Of a stretch of DNA of 42,702 bases, positions 17,306 to 26,446 are shown piece by piece (position 1 is the stretch's first letter; each line of letters begins with the position of its first letter). Origin of the DNA: an uncultured Bacteriovoracaceae bacterium (GTDB lineage: Bacteria; Bdellovibrionota; Bacteriovoracia; Bacteriovoracales; Bacteriovoracaceae); contig CAXGUD010000032.1 of assembly GCA_964012805.1 (NCBI GenBank), positions 1 to 42,702 on the forward strand. The letters are read 5' to 3'. The notes under the pieces were generated by a model. The model did no database searches, was not told the DNA's origin, and saw nothing but the letters and a program-made list of their open reading frames with translations. A program made the position numbers and the translations under genes.

Positions 17306-18511
17306 TTAAAATTTTACGACTACACCTGCATAAACTGACTGCTGACCTGCAGAACTAATTCTTTCAGCGGCATCCTGAAGGTAACTTTTATCCTCAATGG
17401 TTGGGTTGTGTGAGTGGTAAAAACCAAACTCATCATAGTAACCTCCGCCGTGGCCATTCATGTTAGAAGATGACCCTGAATCAATGTTTGATGTAAGTGA
17501 CTTCGAATATTTAAAAGCTGTTGTAAGACCAAAGTTTGGACTGAAGTAGAATTCAGCTCCAATATTTGCAGAACCAGACACTGAATAACCTCTAACAGAC
17601 TCTTCAAAGTTTTGAACTCCGTAATAAGATACTGGTTTATAAGAATCTTTTCCGTATTTTAAATTAAAGTTTTTATATCCAACACCTAAGCTCAAAAATG
17701 GTTTAAACCTTTCGCTTTTACCAAAAAAGAACTTTGAATACATCTCTAATGACCATTGGTTGTAATCAATCACCGTTGGGTAATTTGAGTAGTACGAGTA
17801 ATTATAAAAATTTTGTGATTCGTCTCTAAGTTCAACAGAACTTGCATTAAAATCAAGTCCTATTGAAAAGTTATTTTTCAATTTTTGCTCCAAAGAAATA
17901 CCTGGAGACAAAATCATTTCATATTGAAGATTGTCTACGGAAAAGTTTGTAAGGCCAACGTATGGCAAGACCTTTAAGTCTTTACTTTTTTCAGTCTGAG
18001 CCAAGTCTTTATCTTCTGTTTGGATAACAGGCGCTGGGCTTTCTACATAAGTATCTTGCTGAGGCACGGTCGTCTCAGGCATTGGATTTACAGGTGACCT
18101 TTCGTACCTTGGCACTGGTTGCTCCAGGTTTCTTCCATATTCATTAGGATTGAAGTTATCGTCTCTTCTCTCACTTCTGGCATTATTTAAAGCCCTATTA
18201 ACTTTCCTAGAAAGTTTCCTTTCTTGGTTTAATCTCATTTTTTCAATTTTTTGAAGAACACGTTTTTTAGTTCTTTTTTCGAGTTTCTTTCTCTTAATGG
18301 CCATCCTCTCGGAAAGTGTCTTTCTTCTGGAAAGTCCATCACCTAGTTCATCCTCTGCAAGATCCCCATAAACACTGAGAGACCTAGAGTAGATAACCCC
18401 ATCATCGCCTACTACATAATCCGAACCAGAATAATCTGCTAGGGCATATGGAGTAAATAAACTTGTGAGAAGAAAAGCTCCCACGATATTCAAATTTTTC
18501 GCAAGTTTCAT
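17306..18511 (-). CDS. Outer-membrane beta-barrel protein with N-terminal basic coiled coil and Pro-rich linker
   Basis: Sec signal peptide (..ALA-D), alternating aromatic beta-strands (KPFLSLGVGY, IGAEFYFS), C-terminal F; GGGGG SD. Confidence 0.75.
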   Translation of the reverse strand: MKLAKNLNIVGAFLLTSLFTPYALADYSGSDYVVGDDGVIYSRSLSVYGDLAEDELGDGLSRRKTLSERMAIKRKKLEKRTKKRVLQKIEKMRLNQERKLSRKVNRALNNARSERRDDNFNPNEYGRNLEQPVPRYERSPVNPMPETTVPQQDTYVESPAPVIQTEDKDLAQTEKSKDLKVLPYVGLTNFSVDNLQYEMILSPGISLEQKLKNNFSIGLDFNASSVELRDESQNFYNYSYYSNYPTVIDYNQWSLEMYSKFFFGKSERFKPFLSLGVGYKNFNLKYGKDSYKPVSYYGVQNFEESVRGYSVSGSANIGAEFYFSPNFGLTTAFKYSKSLTSNIDSGSSSNMNGHGGGYYDEFGFYHSHNPTIEDKSYLQDAAERISSAGQQSVYAGVVVKF

Positions 18512-18723
18512 TTTTATTCCCCCTAAAAATCAACTTATATTTCAAAAATAAATATTTCATCTCTTAAGTTTTTTCTTTGTGGAAGATAACACAACACATT
18601 ATCTCAAAACAGATTTTGGGGAGTTCTTTGTAGTTTTTACATAGATTGACTTGGTTATTAATAAGTAATTTTAAGTACTTACTATGTTTAAATGAGTTTT
18701 ATTTGATCACTTTTTTGGAAATA

Positions 18724-18990
18724 TCACCTTCTAACAACAAATCTTTTAAAGTTGGTTCCAGAGTAAATAGAAACCACTTGACAATAAAAACTGTTGGATT
18801 CAGGGGTGCAATTATCACTTTCACCCAATATTTTTTGTTTTAAAAGATCACCCATTTTAAAAGCAACAACACTGGCAACTGCCAAAAGGAGTATATATTC
18901 GACTGCTGTCTGACCTTTCTCTGAAAGTAGACTGGAACATTTATCTTTCTTTCGCTTTTCTTTTTTCGTGAAGAGGAATTTACTTAACAT
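18724..18990 (-). CDS. Flp/type IV pilin-like protein (class III signal peptide)
   Basis: Basic leader then KG|QTAVEYILLLAVASVVAF: Gly at -1, Glu at +5, Tyr at +6 and a hydrophobic helix; two Cys in the C-terminal part. Confidence 0.8.
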   Translation of the reverse strand: MLSKFLFTKKEKRKKDKCSSLLSEKGQTAVEYILLLAVASVVAFKMGDLLKQKILGESDNCTPESNSFYCQVVSIYSGTNFKRFVVRR

Positions 18991-19010
18991 CTTTCCATTT
19001 TAGGGGAAAG

Positions 19011-20420
19011 CTAGAGTCTCAGAAAAGAATGGGCATCTTTTATCTCCATGAGGGAAGAAAAAAGGCCATAGCCCTCCTTTAAGGGACCATAATAATCAAC
19101 TTTCTTTAACTTCTTCTTTTTACCTACTTTTGAAAGGTCAAAAATATCGGCAGCTGGGTAGAAACTCATTTCTTCAGGCTTTTTATAAAACTTTACCTTT
19201 TTCTCTTCCACCCAAACTTCAGGTGTAAGTGAAAAGGAGCTTTTCACAATCTTATTTTTTAAGTCTGGGCAGAAAGGTCCTAGCTCTTCTAGCATTTTCC
19301 TTTCACTGTCCTCAGATAAAAAAGATGCTTTAGAAGCCTTCTCCATAGGAACCACCAAATTGATTGCCACTTTGTCCTTACTAAAACTCGCCTCCCAAAA
19401 AGGACTTTTTGTTCCAAGTCGCGTAAGATCTGTACTGACAATCCTTTCTCCCTGAAGAGGCTCTTCAAGATCTTCTTTGAGCTCCCATTCAATTTTCAAA
19501 CTCGTATAGAGATTCTCCATTTTCCCAACTTGAAGAGGAAGGTTTTTTGAAAGCCCCCCAAAAAATGCCAGCCTCTCCGGTTGAACGAGACCTTCAAAGC
19601 TTTCAAGTTCCAAACACCAAGGTGAACCCGTATGAAAAACCCACTCTCTGATAGAAGTTTTCTTAAACTGGCCTCCATTTTGCTCATAACAATCTTTAAG
19701 GCTATCCATAAGATTTTTTTGACTGGGTTGATAATGTGGAGAGAGAAGACAAAGGAAAAAGTGAAAACGCTCAAACTCGTTTGTAAACCAAGATAGTTTC
19801 TTTTGGAAAAAACCCCTTCCCAAAAAAGCCAATGTTTTTAATTCCCACTCTGGCCCATAAAAATTATAAGTATTTTCATCGAGGATAGAACAAAAAAGGA
19901 GGTAAAGTTCCTTAATATTTTGAGGGCAATGGGTTAAAAAGAAGTTCATATCTAAGCTCTGAAGAGTTTTATATTTGAAACAATTAACCGCAACCCTCTT
20001 GGCAAGTGAGAGGAAAGACTGATCAAAGCTTTTAACACTGGCTTCATTGGCCAATATTTTCTGAACAATATTTTTAAAACGACCTTCATACAAAGCAGGA
20101 AACTTCCTTGCTAACTCTTTTAAATTTCGTGACGGGGAATCGCCTAGACGAACCCTTTTACCACCGACAACAAAAATAACGTGTCTTTTTAAAAGGTATT
20201 CATCCAGGTTTTTGAGGGGGGCTATCTCACGTTCCCGACCCCATATTTTAAGAAACTCCTTCTCTAACTCCCAGAAGGTATCAATAAATAACTCTCCATA
20301 TTTGAGCCTTTCATCATCAAGAACGATAACTTTATGGTTTTTTTCTAAAAAGCTTAAAGAGTAGATAAAAGACAGAAAGCTTTTTCCTACGGTCGTCAAA
20401 TAGACATCTTTTTCTAACAT
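19011..20420 (-). CDS. Hypothetical protein, possibly a degenerate FAD/NAD-binding oxidoreductase fold
   Basis: 469-aa ORF overlapping the waaA stop. N-terminal beta-alpha-beta pattern (VYLTTVGKSFLS...KVIVLD) without GxGxxG. Confidence 0.6.
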   Translation of the reverse strand: MLEKDVYLTTVGKSFLSFIYSLSFLEKNHKVIVLDDERLKYGELFIDTFWELEKEFLKIWGREREIAPLKNLDEYLLKRHVIFVVGGKRVRLGDSPSRNLKELARKFPALYEGRFKNIVQKILANEASVKSFDQSFLSLAKRVAVNCFKYKTLQSLDMNFFLTHCPQNIKELYLLFCSILDENTYNFYGPEWELKTLAFLGRGFFQKKLSWFTNEFERFHFFLCLLSPHYQPSQKNLMDSLKDCYEQNGGQFKKTSIREWVFHTGSPWCLELESFEGLVQPERLAFFGGLSKNLPLQVGKMENLYTSLKIEWELKEDLEEPLQGERIVSTDLTRLGTKSPFWEASFSKDKVAINLVVPMEKASKASFLSEDSERKMLEELGPFCPDLKNKIVKSSFSLTPEVWVEEKKVKFYKKPEEMSFYPAADIFDLSKVGKKKKLKKVDYYGPLKEGYGLFSSLMEIKDAHSFLRL

Positions 20421-21907
20421 TTTTCTTCTTTCCCCAGTCCCAAAAAGTCCAAAATAGTAAGAAACCTCCGGCCCATTAAAGCCACAAAACTCCTTCTCTG
20501 TTCATCTTCATCAGAACAAAGGGTGTTTCCACTCGATTGATCTTGCCCATCGGGTTTCTTATTTAGAATAGTAGCAAACATTCTCAGTTCATGAACTACA
20601 AAAATTGAAGAAGGAGAAATATCTGAAACGAGGTCAAACTCTGTTGAGCGGTGGGTTTTTGGGCCACAATAAACTTTACATCCCGCAAGAAAGGGCTCGA
20701 GTACAGAATGAATAGACCTGCCATGACCTCCTCCGACAAAGGCAGAACCAAAAAAAGTATAGGCTTCTAAAAGTATTCCAGGAGTTGTTAGCACAATAGG
20801 GCCTGGATTTTTCTCCCAATTATTAAACAAGCTCTCCCAATCTTGCTTCTCGCTTCTTAAATCGACAAAAGTTAGGGGAGCAAAATGAGGTAGAGTCCCA
20901 CAGAAACTGACATAGGACTTTTCCAATTCATTTTGAGATTCCTTAGAAAGTTTGTGGGGGGCCAAAACAACTAACTGGGCCTTTTCCATTATTTTTTTCT
21001 GAAGAGTTTCACATCCCAGAGACTCCATTTCTGAAGGCCAACAGCTACCCATCAAAAGCCTATCGCTGAAAGGAACTTTTTTAAAAAGCTTATTTAAAAA
21101 AGCCATCCCGGGTAACATCTTTAAAGATTCCTCTGCCACTAAGGTCCTGCTCTCTATTTGAAGGACCCTTAAGTCGAAAGGAAGCATCCTTTCTTCTTTC
21201 ATTCCCAAAGTTTTAAAAAGTTCGAGGTCTCGCAAAGTCGCCGTCAAAATAAAATCGAAAAGGCCGTAGAGACTCTGATAAATCAAATACTTTAAAGTAC
21301 CTTCCCTTCTTAAAAAAGCCTCTTTTCCCTTTAAGGTCGCGTTTAAAAGGACAAAATCAATTCCCTCCCTGGCTCCGTAGAGAAGGAGCTCGGGATAAAA
21401 GTCATAGCGGCAAAGAAAAAGTTTTTTGGCGGTCACGAGTTGAAAAAAACTCTGTCCTTTTCCTAAAGATAAAGGGAAAGAGGACAATAAAGGCATTCTT
21501 ATAAAACGAATCCTCTCTTTATAGGATGTTAATGAACCCTTTGAAACATTTTGGATCCTCTTCTCAAGACTATCTGAGGCATAAAACACCTCAACTCTCT
21601 GATCCCGCTCGAGAGAAACTTTAATAAGTGGAAAGGCCTGCTCAAACTCTCCCTCACTTGAAACTTCAAAAGCTACATCCGCCCTTATATTACCTGACCA
21701 CCCCTTCGAAAGGGGGTCTCGGGCATTTTGACACTCAAAATCCAGCCTTTTTTTAACAGAGGAGCTAAAGAGGGGGAGAAAATAAGCAGTGAATGGGAAG
21801 CAAAGCCACCTTAAAACCATTAAAACCCATTGAAAATTCAAAAGGATTTTTCTATTCAACCCACTCCATGAACCTCTAATCATCAACAGTCCCCAAATAA
21901 CGCACAA
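20414..21907 (-). CDS. waaA: 3-deoxy-D-manno-octulosonic acid (Kdo) transferase
   Basis: EVSSEGEFEQ (the ASxGE motif), LLNAT, LAPH, AFVGGG...HSVLEP; N-terminal membrane anchor. Start codon uncertain. Confidence 0.82.
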   Translation of the reverse strand: MCVIWGLLMIRGSWSGLNRKILLNFQWVLMVLRWLCFPFTAYFLPLFSSSVKKRLDFECQNARDPLSKGWSGNIRADVAFEVSSEGEFEQAFPLIKVSLERDQRVEVFYASDSLEKRIQNVSKGSLTSYKERIRFIRMPLLSSFPLSLGKGQSFFQLVTAKKLFLCRYDFYPELLLYGAREGIDFVLLNATLKGKEAFLRREGTLKYLIYQSLYGLFDFILTATLRDLELFKTLGMKEERMLPFDLRVLQIESRTLVAEESLKMLPGMAFLNKLFKKVPFSDRLLMGSCWPSEMESLGCETLQKKIMEKAQLVVLAPHKLSKESQNELEKSYVSFCGTLPHFAPLTFVDLRSEKQDWESLFNNWEKNPGPIVLTTPGILLEAYTFFGSAFVGGGHGRSIHSVLEPFLAGCKVYCGPKTHRSTEFDLVSDISPSSIFVVHELRMFATILNKKPDGQDQSSGNTLCSDEDEQRRSFVALMGRRFLTILDFLGLGKEEKC

Positions 21908-22091
21908 TGACTATGCGCTTTTTCACGATTCCTTTAAATATCATCCTTCACCAGACTTTTTTCTTACAATTCCTTACAAAAGCTATGTAAGGAAACTCAA
22001 TCCCGACTTTTTCCCTTGAATATTTCGCAAAAACCTGTACTTTCTAGCCCCAGGTTCTAAGCCGAAACAATGTTCAAGGAGTTATACCGAT

Positions 22092-23006
22092 ATGAAAACA
22101 AAAAAAATGGCAGTTGCTTCCCTTTTAGCTTTAAGTGTTAGCGCTCCTTCTTTTTCTGCAACAAATGAAACATCTGCCAACAAGAGTGTTTCTGAATCAA
22201 AGTCTTTTTATCAGCAATTAAAAGACTCCCCTTTATCACTATATGCTGAACTAGAACATGAAGCTGATTTAGGATTAACAGAGTATAAAGGTAGTAAACT
22301 CGACTCATTTTTATCTTATAAGATTTCTGAAAAAGATAAGTTGAAATCCCAATTACGCCTAAGGGTTAAAAACCAGGGTGATGACACTTATGAAACGACC
22401 TATGACTATGGATACCTTGGGTACTCTAGAAGCAAGCTTCTTACTGAAGAAAAAAATGGAGTTAATGCTACTGGACAAATAAGGTTCTACAAATATGGTG
22501 AAAGTGGTTCTGCTGATGGAGGCGCACAAGGAAGGCTTTATCTTGATAAAAAGTTCTCTGAAAAGCTTTCTAGTGCCGGTGTTTTCTTAGCTGAACAAAG
22601 AATCAACCCAAAAGACGGAAAAACTCTTAGATATGGACTTTTCGAAGGAGGACCAACTTACAAAATGACTAACAAGTTCAAACTTGGAAGTACTCTTTAT
22701 TTTGGCCACTTCATTTCAGAAGGTTCGAATTCAACTGATGGAAGTATTTCTCTCGATCCAACTTTTGCAATCTCTGACAAATTGAATTTATCAAACTCTG
22801 TAACACTTTACGGAGACTTCTCTGGTTCAGATAATAAATATTCTGTATTGCTGACTCCAACAGTTAGTTACTCTATGAATGATGACTTCAGCGCAACCCT
22901 TGAATATGAAGCAAGCGCTTTAAGAATCGCTAACGGCGAAACCTCAGCACGTCAATTCGCTAATAATGGTAAATTGGCCCTAACACTTGGCTATAGCGCG
23001 TTTTAA
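22092..23006 (+). CDS. Putative outer-membrane beta-barrel/porin
   Basis: AAGGAG SD, signal peptide (..SFS-A), amphipathic strands throughout, C-terminal LTLGYSAF BAM-type motif, own terminator. Confidence 0.75.
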   Translation: MKTKKMAVASLLALSVSAPSFSATNETSANKSVSESKSFYQQLKDSPLSLYAELEHEADLGLTEYKGSKLDSFLSYKISEKDKLKSQLRLRVKNQGDDTYETTYDYGYLGYSRSKLLTEEKNGVNATGQIRFYKYGESGSADGGAQGRLYLDKKFSEKLSSAGVFLAEQRINPKDGKTLRYGLFEGGPTYKMTNKFKLGSTLYFGHFISEGSNSTDGSISLDPTFAISDKLNLSNSVTLYGDFSGSDNKYSVLLTPTVSYSMNDDFSATLEYEASALRIANGETSARQFANNGKLALTLGYSAF

Positions 23007-23019
23007 TCTTTTTTTTAAT

Positions 23020-23050
23020 AAGAGGCGGCCAAATAGCCGCCTCTTTTTCT
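23020..23050 (+). terminator. Intrinsic terminator
   Basis: AGAGGCGGC-CAAATA-GCCGCCTCT followed by TTTTCTTTT, shortly after the stop at 23006. Confidence 0.9.
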
Positions 23051-23216
23051 TTTCTCACAACACCCTTTAAATTTGCTTTACCGATAAACTTCTTTTCCAA
23101 AACTCTAGGCAATATTTGCCTCATAACCTACCCCTCTTTCAGCACCTAAAATTTTTTCCCCATTGACCGTTTAGCTTAAGCAAACCAACACAAAAATCCA
23201 AGAAAAGGATTAGAGA

Positions 23217-24632
23217 ATGAGTGATGAACTAGACTCAATGGCCGATATAATACAAACCTTCAAGATAACCCCTGAAGAAATCGTTGAAAAAACGATACCA
23301 AGTTCAGAGCTCTATGAATTGAAGGTAGGGAGTCAGGTTTTAAGCCCCTTTTGGGTCGAAACACTTAAAAAGCAAATAGAATCAGGCTCTCCTCTTTTTA
23401 CCCCTGAAATTCAAATAAGATCGTTGGGAACAGAACAATGGTTCGACCTTTTCGCTCACCCAACCTTCCAAAGAAGGCAAGAAGGAGTTCAAGAAACCGC
23501 TACTGAAGAGACTGTCATAAGCTCACAACAGGAAGCCCAAGAAGGAGATGAGGAGGAAGATGGCGAGTTCTATATTTTGGCAAAAGGACAGAAAGTCGGC
23601 CCCATAACACTCAAAGTGCTAAAAGAAAAAATCGGAACTCATGAGATCCTGGTGACTGACCTCATCAGTCATGATAACGGCGAGACATGGTCCAAAATAT
23701 TTGAAATGCCAGAGTTTGATCGAAGGTCGCTTGGTCAAAGAGACCACCTACCCCATTTACCCAAAGATAACATTTTTAGGGGATCTAAGAAGGAAGTTTT
23801 AGATAACCTTAAAGACGGTGACAGAGAGGGAGACACAATATTTAATTTAGTTCACCTTGGTAGAAAAAAAAACGAGGAAGAAGCTCCTATCCAAACAACT
23901 CCCATTGTAGAAAAGGATGATGATGAAGAGTTCTTTAGTGAAAAAACAATTTCAATGATTCTCATCATCATCTCGCTAATTGGAATTGGCTATTTCGTTA
24001 AAGCAGAGTTTTTTGCCCCTAAAAAAAGGATTACAAAAAGAAGTAGATCAATAGACAGGGAACGAACAGCACCGAAAAGAGTTGAAAGAAAAGAACCTGA
24101 AAGGCCCCAAAGAGCTGATGCACCACCTCCTCCACCAGACAGGAGACCGGAGAGACCTCCTCGCAGGCCTTCCAGAAATGACAAGTCTTTCTCCAGGATT
24201 CCAAGGGATAGACCTCCTCGTATGCCTGATTCTTCATCGAGAAACATGCGAAAAAGGCCCCTTATTGAAGACAGAAATTATTCCAATAATGAAAGACCGA
24301 ATAGAGATCAAAGAGATGACCAACGCCGAGATGACCGATACGGGGACGAACCTAACAGAGGTCAAAACATGGATAGGGATCGTGATAGAGGTGGGAGACC
24401 TTCAAGAGGCACAGCTAACAGCAGATCCATGAATCAAGAACCTCTAGATGGAGAAGAGAGAAGTTTTGATGATGACGAAGGAAGGGATATTGCAAGCCAA
24501 CAAGCTGACGGAAGAGAGGACTCATTCCAAGACTCCAGGGATATGAATCAAGACATGGATGCAGGCGGGCAAGAGGATAGAGGTGATGGTGATAACTTCG
24601 ATGAACCGCCTCCAGAGCAGGACGTATACTAA
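23217..24632 (+). CDS. Membrane protein with two GYF_2 (DUF4339)-like domains, one TM and an R/D/P-rich disordered C-terminus
   Basis: Two similar units (YELKVGSQVLSPF...W...HPTFQRR and FYILAKGQKVGPITL...W...MPEFDRR), TM MILIIISLIGIGYFV, and a PPPPP run. Confidence 0.7.
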   Translation: MSDELDSMADIIQTFKITPEEIVEKTIPSSELYELKVGSQVLSPFWVETLKKQIESGSPLFTPEIQIRSLGTEQWFDLFAHPTFQRRQEGVQETATEETVISSQQEAQEGDEEEDGEFYILAKGQKVGPITLKVLKEKIGTHEILVTDLISHDNGETWSKIFEMPEFDRRSLGQRDHLPHLPKDNIFRGSKKEVLDNLKDGDREGDTIFNLVHLGRKKNEEEAPIQTTPIVEKDDDEEFFSEKTISMILIIISLIGIGYFVKAEFFAPKKRITKRSRSIDRERTAPKRVERKEPERPQRADAPPPPPDRRPERPPRRPSRNDKSFSRIPRDRPPRMPDSSSRNMRKRPLIEDRNYSNNERPNRDQRDDQRRDDRYGDEPNRGQNMDRDRDRGGRPSRGTANSRSMNQEPLDGEERSFDDDEGRDIASQQADGREDSFQDSRDMNQDMDAGGQEDRGDGDNFDEPPPEQDVY

Positions 24633-24701
24633 TAGTCCTCGGCTTAAATTTAAAAAACTTCTCTAGTCCCCAATCTGATTCAAGTGTGTTACCACTGTCA
24701 G

Positions 24702-25391
24702 ATGAAAAATTTAAAAGAAACGACCCCAGACACTTCACCCTTCCATCCTCCCTCCTCGCCTTCCTCTTATTTCCTAAGCTTTGAAGGCATAGAAGGCTCT
24801 GGTAAATCAACTCAGCTAAAGACACTTAAAATATACCTCGAAGGTCTAGGACTTAGAGTCATAGTTTTAAGAGAGCCCGGAGGTACGACTTTTGGTGAAA
24901 AACTAAGGGAAGCCATTCTAGCTTCTAAAGAGGCACTTCACCCGGCTGCTGAAGCATACCTTTTTGCCTCGTCCAGGGCCCAACTCTTAAACCAAGTAAT
25001 CCTAAAAGAGCTTTCCAAAGAAAAAACTATCGTTATTTGTGACCGTTACATTGATAGCTCAATTGCCTACCAAGGCCATGCAAGAGGATTAGGTGCAGGA
25101 ACAATCCTCAAAATTCACGAGCTCCCTCCTCTTAATTTTCTCCCGCATCAAACCTATTACCTGGACATTGATTTAGAAATATCCTTTGAAAGACAACAAA
25201 TAAGAGGCGGACAAAAAGATTACTTTGAATCTGAAAATAAAGATTTTTACCAAAAACTTATTGAGGGCTTCGAAGAAGCATCGCTTCTTTTTCCTAGTCG
25301 CATAAAAAAGATTGATGGTAGACGAGAAGAAGAAAGAGTTTTCGCAGACATTAAAAACTATGTTAACAAGCTTCTAGACATTCCCGGCTAA
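24702..25391 (+). CDS. tmk: Thymidylate kinase
   Basis: FEGIEGSGKST P-loop, LREPGG, CDRYIDSSIAYQG. ATG at 24702 preferred over GTG at 24684. Confidence 0.96.
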   Translation: MKNLKETTPDTSPFHPPSSPSSYFLSFEGIEGSGKSTQLKTLKIYLEGLGLRVIVLREPGGTTFGEKLREAILASKEALHPAAEAYLFASSRAQLLNQVILKELSKEKTIVICDRYIDSSIAYQGHARGLGAGTILKIHELPPLNFLPHQTYYLDIDLEISFERQQIRGGQKDYFESENKDFYQKLIEGFEEASLLFPSRIKKIDGRREEERVFADIKNYVNKLLDIPG

Positions 25392-25430
25392 ACAGCCTTA
25401 AAAACGTAATATTTATAGCAAGTGGTTCTT

Positions 25431-26339
25431 ATGCTCCAAAAAAAACTTGAAACAATTTTATTAAAAAGGTTCCAAGAAGCTCGTTTGGCGGGTTTTTATC
25501 TTTTGAGGGGCCCTCTTTTTACGCCTTCACCCGAAGAGTTTCTCGAAGAATGGATTAAAAGTTTTCTCACTCTCTTATTAAGCCACCACCGAGGACTTTC
25601 CAAAGAAGAAGCGTCACAATCCCTCCTCCAGGGGCATCCAGACATACTCTTTGTCAACAAGCGCCCAGATAAAGGAAACTATATCTGGAACAAACAGGAA
25701 AACGATTTCAAGGACTTTCTTAAGTTTCTTCCCTTTAAACCCTTTGAGTTTTCTCAAAAATTTATTATCGTTTCAAAGGCACACCTCATTCAAAAAGACC
25801 AATGGCATAAATTACTCAAAGCTTTAGAAGATATACCTAAAAATACGACTTTATTTTTTTTATACCCTTCTCAGAAAGAGCTACTCCCCACAATTAAGAG
25901 CCGGTGCCTGGAGTTAACCCTCCCTCTCCCCGAAGAGATAAAGGAAAAGGTTAACGCTGAAAATAAATCTAAATTTTATCAATCTGAAGAGATGAGCAAC
26001 TGGCTTAAAGATCACGTCTACTGGCAGGAAAATGGGGAAGATGTGACAGAGGACACCCATCCGATGCTCCCCCAAGAGCTTAAAGAGTCTCTCACACACT
26101 TTTTAAAAACCAAAACGGGAGAAAATCAGATTATTGATCTTTTAAAAAACGACGAGAAGGGTCAAAAAGACCTTCTGTCAGCATTTCTGACCTGGGAAAC
26201 CAGAAGACTAGGCTCATTTAATGAAAAAAGAAGGGCCCTAGAAGAAATAAAGTGGCACTCTCTTTCAAAGACATTTAGAAACCCAGCTTCTGAACGCCTC
26301 TACTCATTGTTATGGGCCTTTCAGCCTAAAGCCCCTTAG
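25431..26339 (+). CDS. holB: DNA polymerase III delta' subunit (divergent)
   Basis: HPD, LLKALED and LLPTIKSRC (SRC motif); lies between tmk and PSP1 as in the conserved cluster. Confidence 0.8.
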   Translation: MLQKKLETILLKRFQEARLAGFYLLRGPLFTPSPEEFLEEWIKSFLTLLLSHHRGLSKEEASQSLLQGHPDILFVNKRPDKGNYIWNKQENDFKDFLKFLPFKPFEFSQKFIIVSKAHLIQKDQWHKLLKALEDIPKNTTLFFLYPSQKELLPTIKSRCLELTLPLPEEIKEKVNAENKSKFYQSEEMSNWLKDHVYWQENGEDVTEDTHPMLPQELKESLTHFLKTKTGENQIIDLLKNDEKGQKDLLSAFLTWETRRLGSFNEKRRALEEIKWHSLSKTFRNPASERLYSLLWAFQPKAP

Positions 26340-26446
26340 CTTGGGTCTTCACATGCTTAAGACCTGCCGCCATGGCCCTAGACAAAAGAGGAAAAAGTCA
26401 TGACCATGGTCAACTTTAAAGATGATATAAAGGACAAATACGCATT

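Noticed and set aside
18646..18843. 65-aa plus-strand ORF
   Set aside because: It overlaps the pilin-like gene on the opposite strand, has a TTG start and no SD.
22061..23087. Additional CCGA(T/A)A words (22061, 22086, 23080) as sigma28 promoters
   Set aside because: There is no TTAA/TAAA -35 element at the required spacing.
23990..24825. Several overlapping ORFs and apparent repeats in the R/D/P-rich region
   Set aside because: Explained by low-complexity coding sequence of the 23217-24632 gene; no regular nucleotide repeat unit or CRISPR-like spacing.
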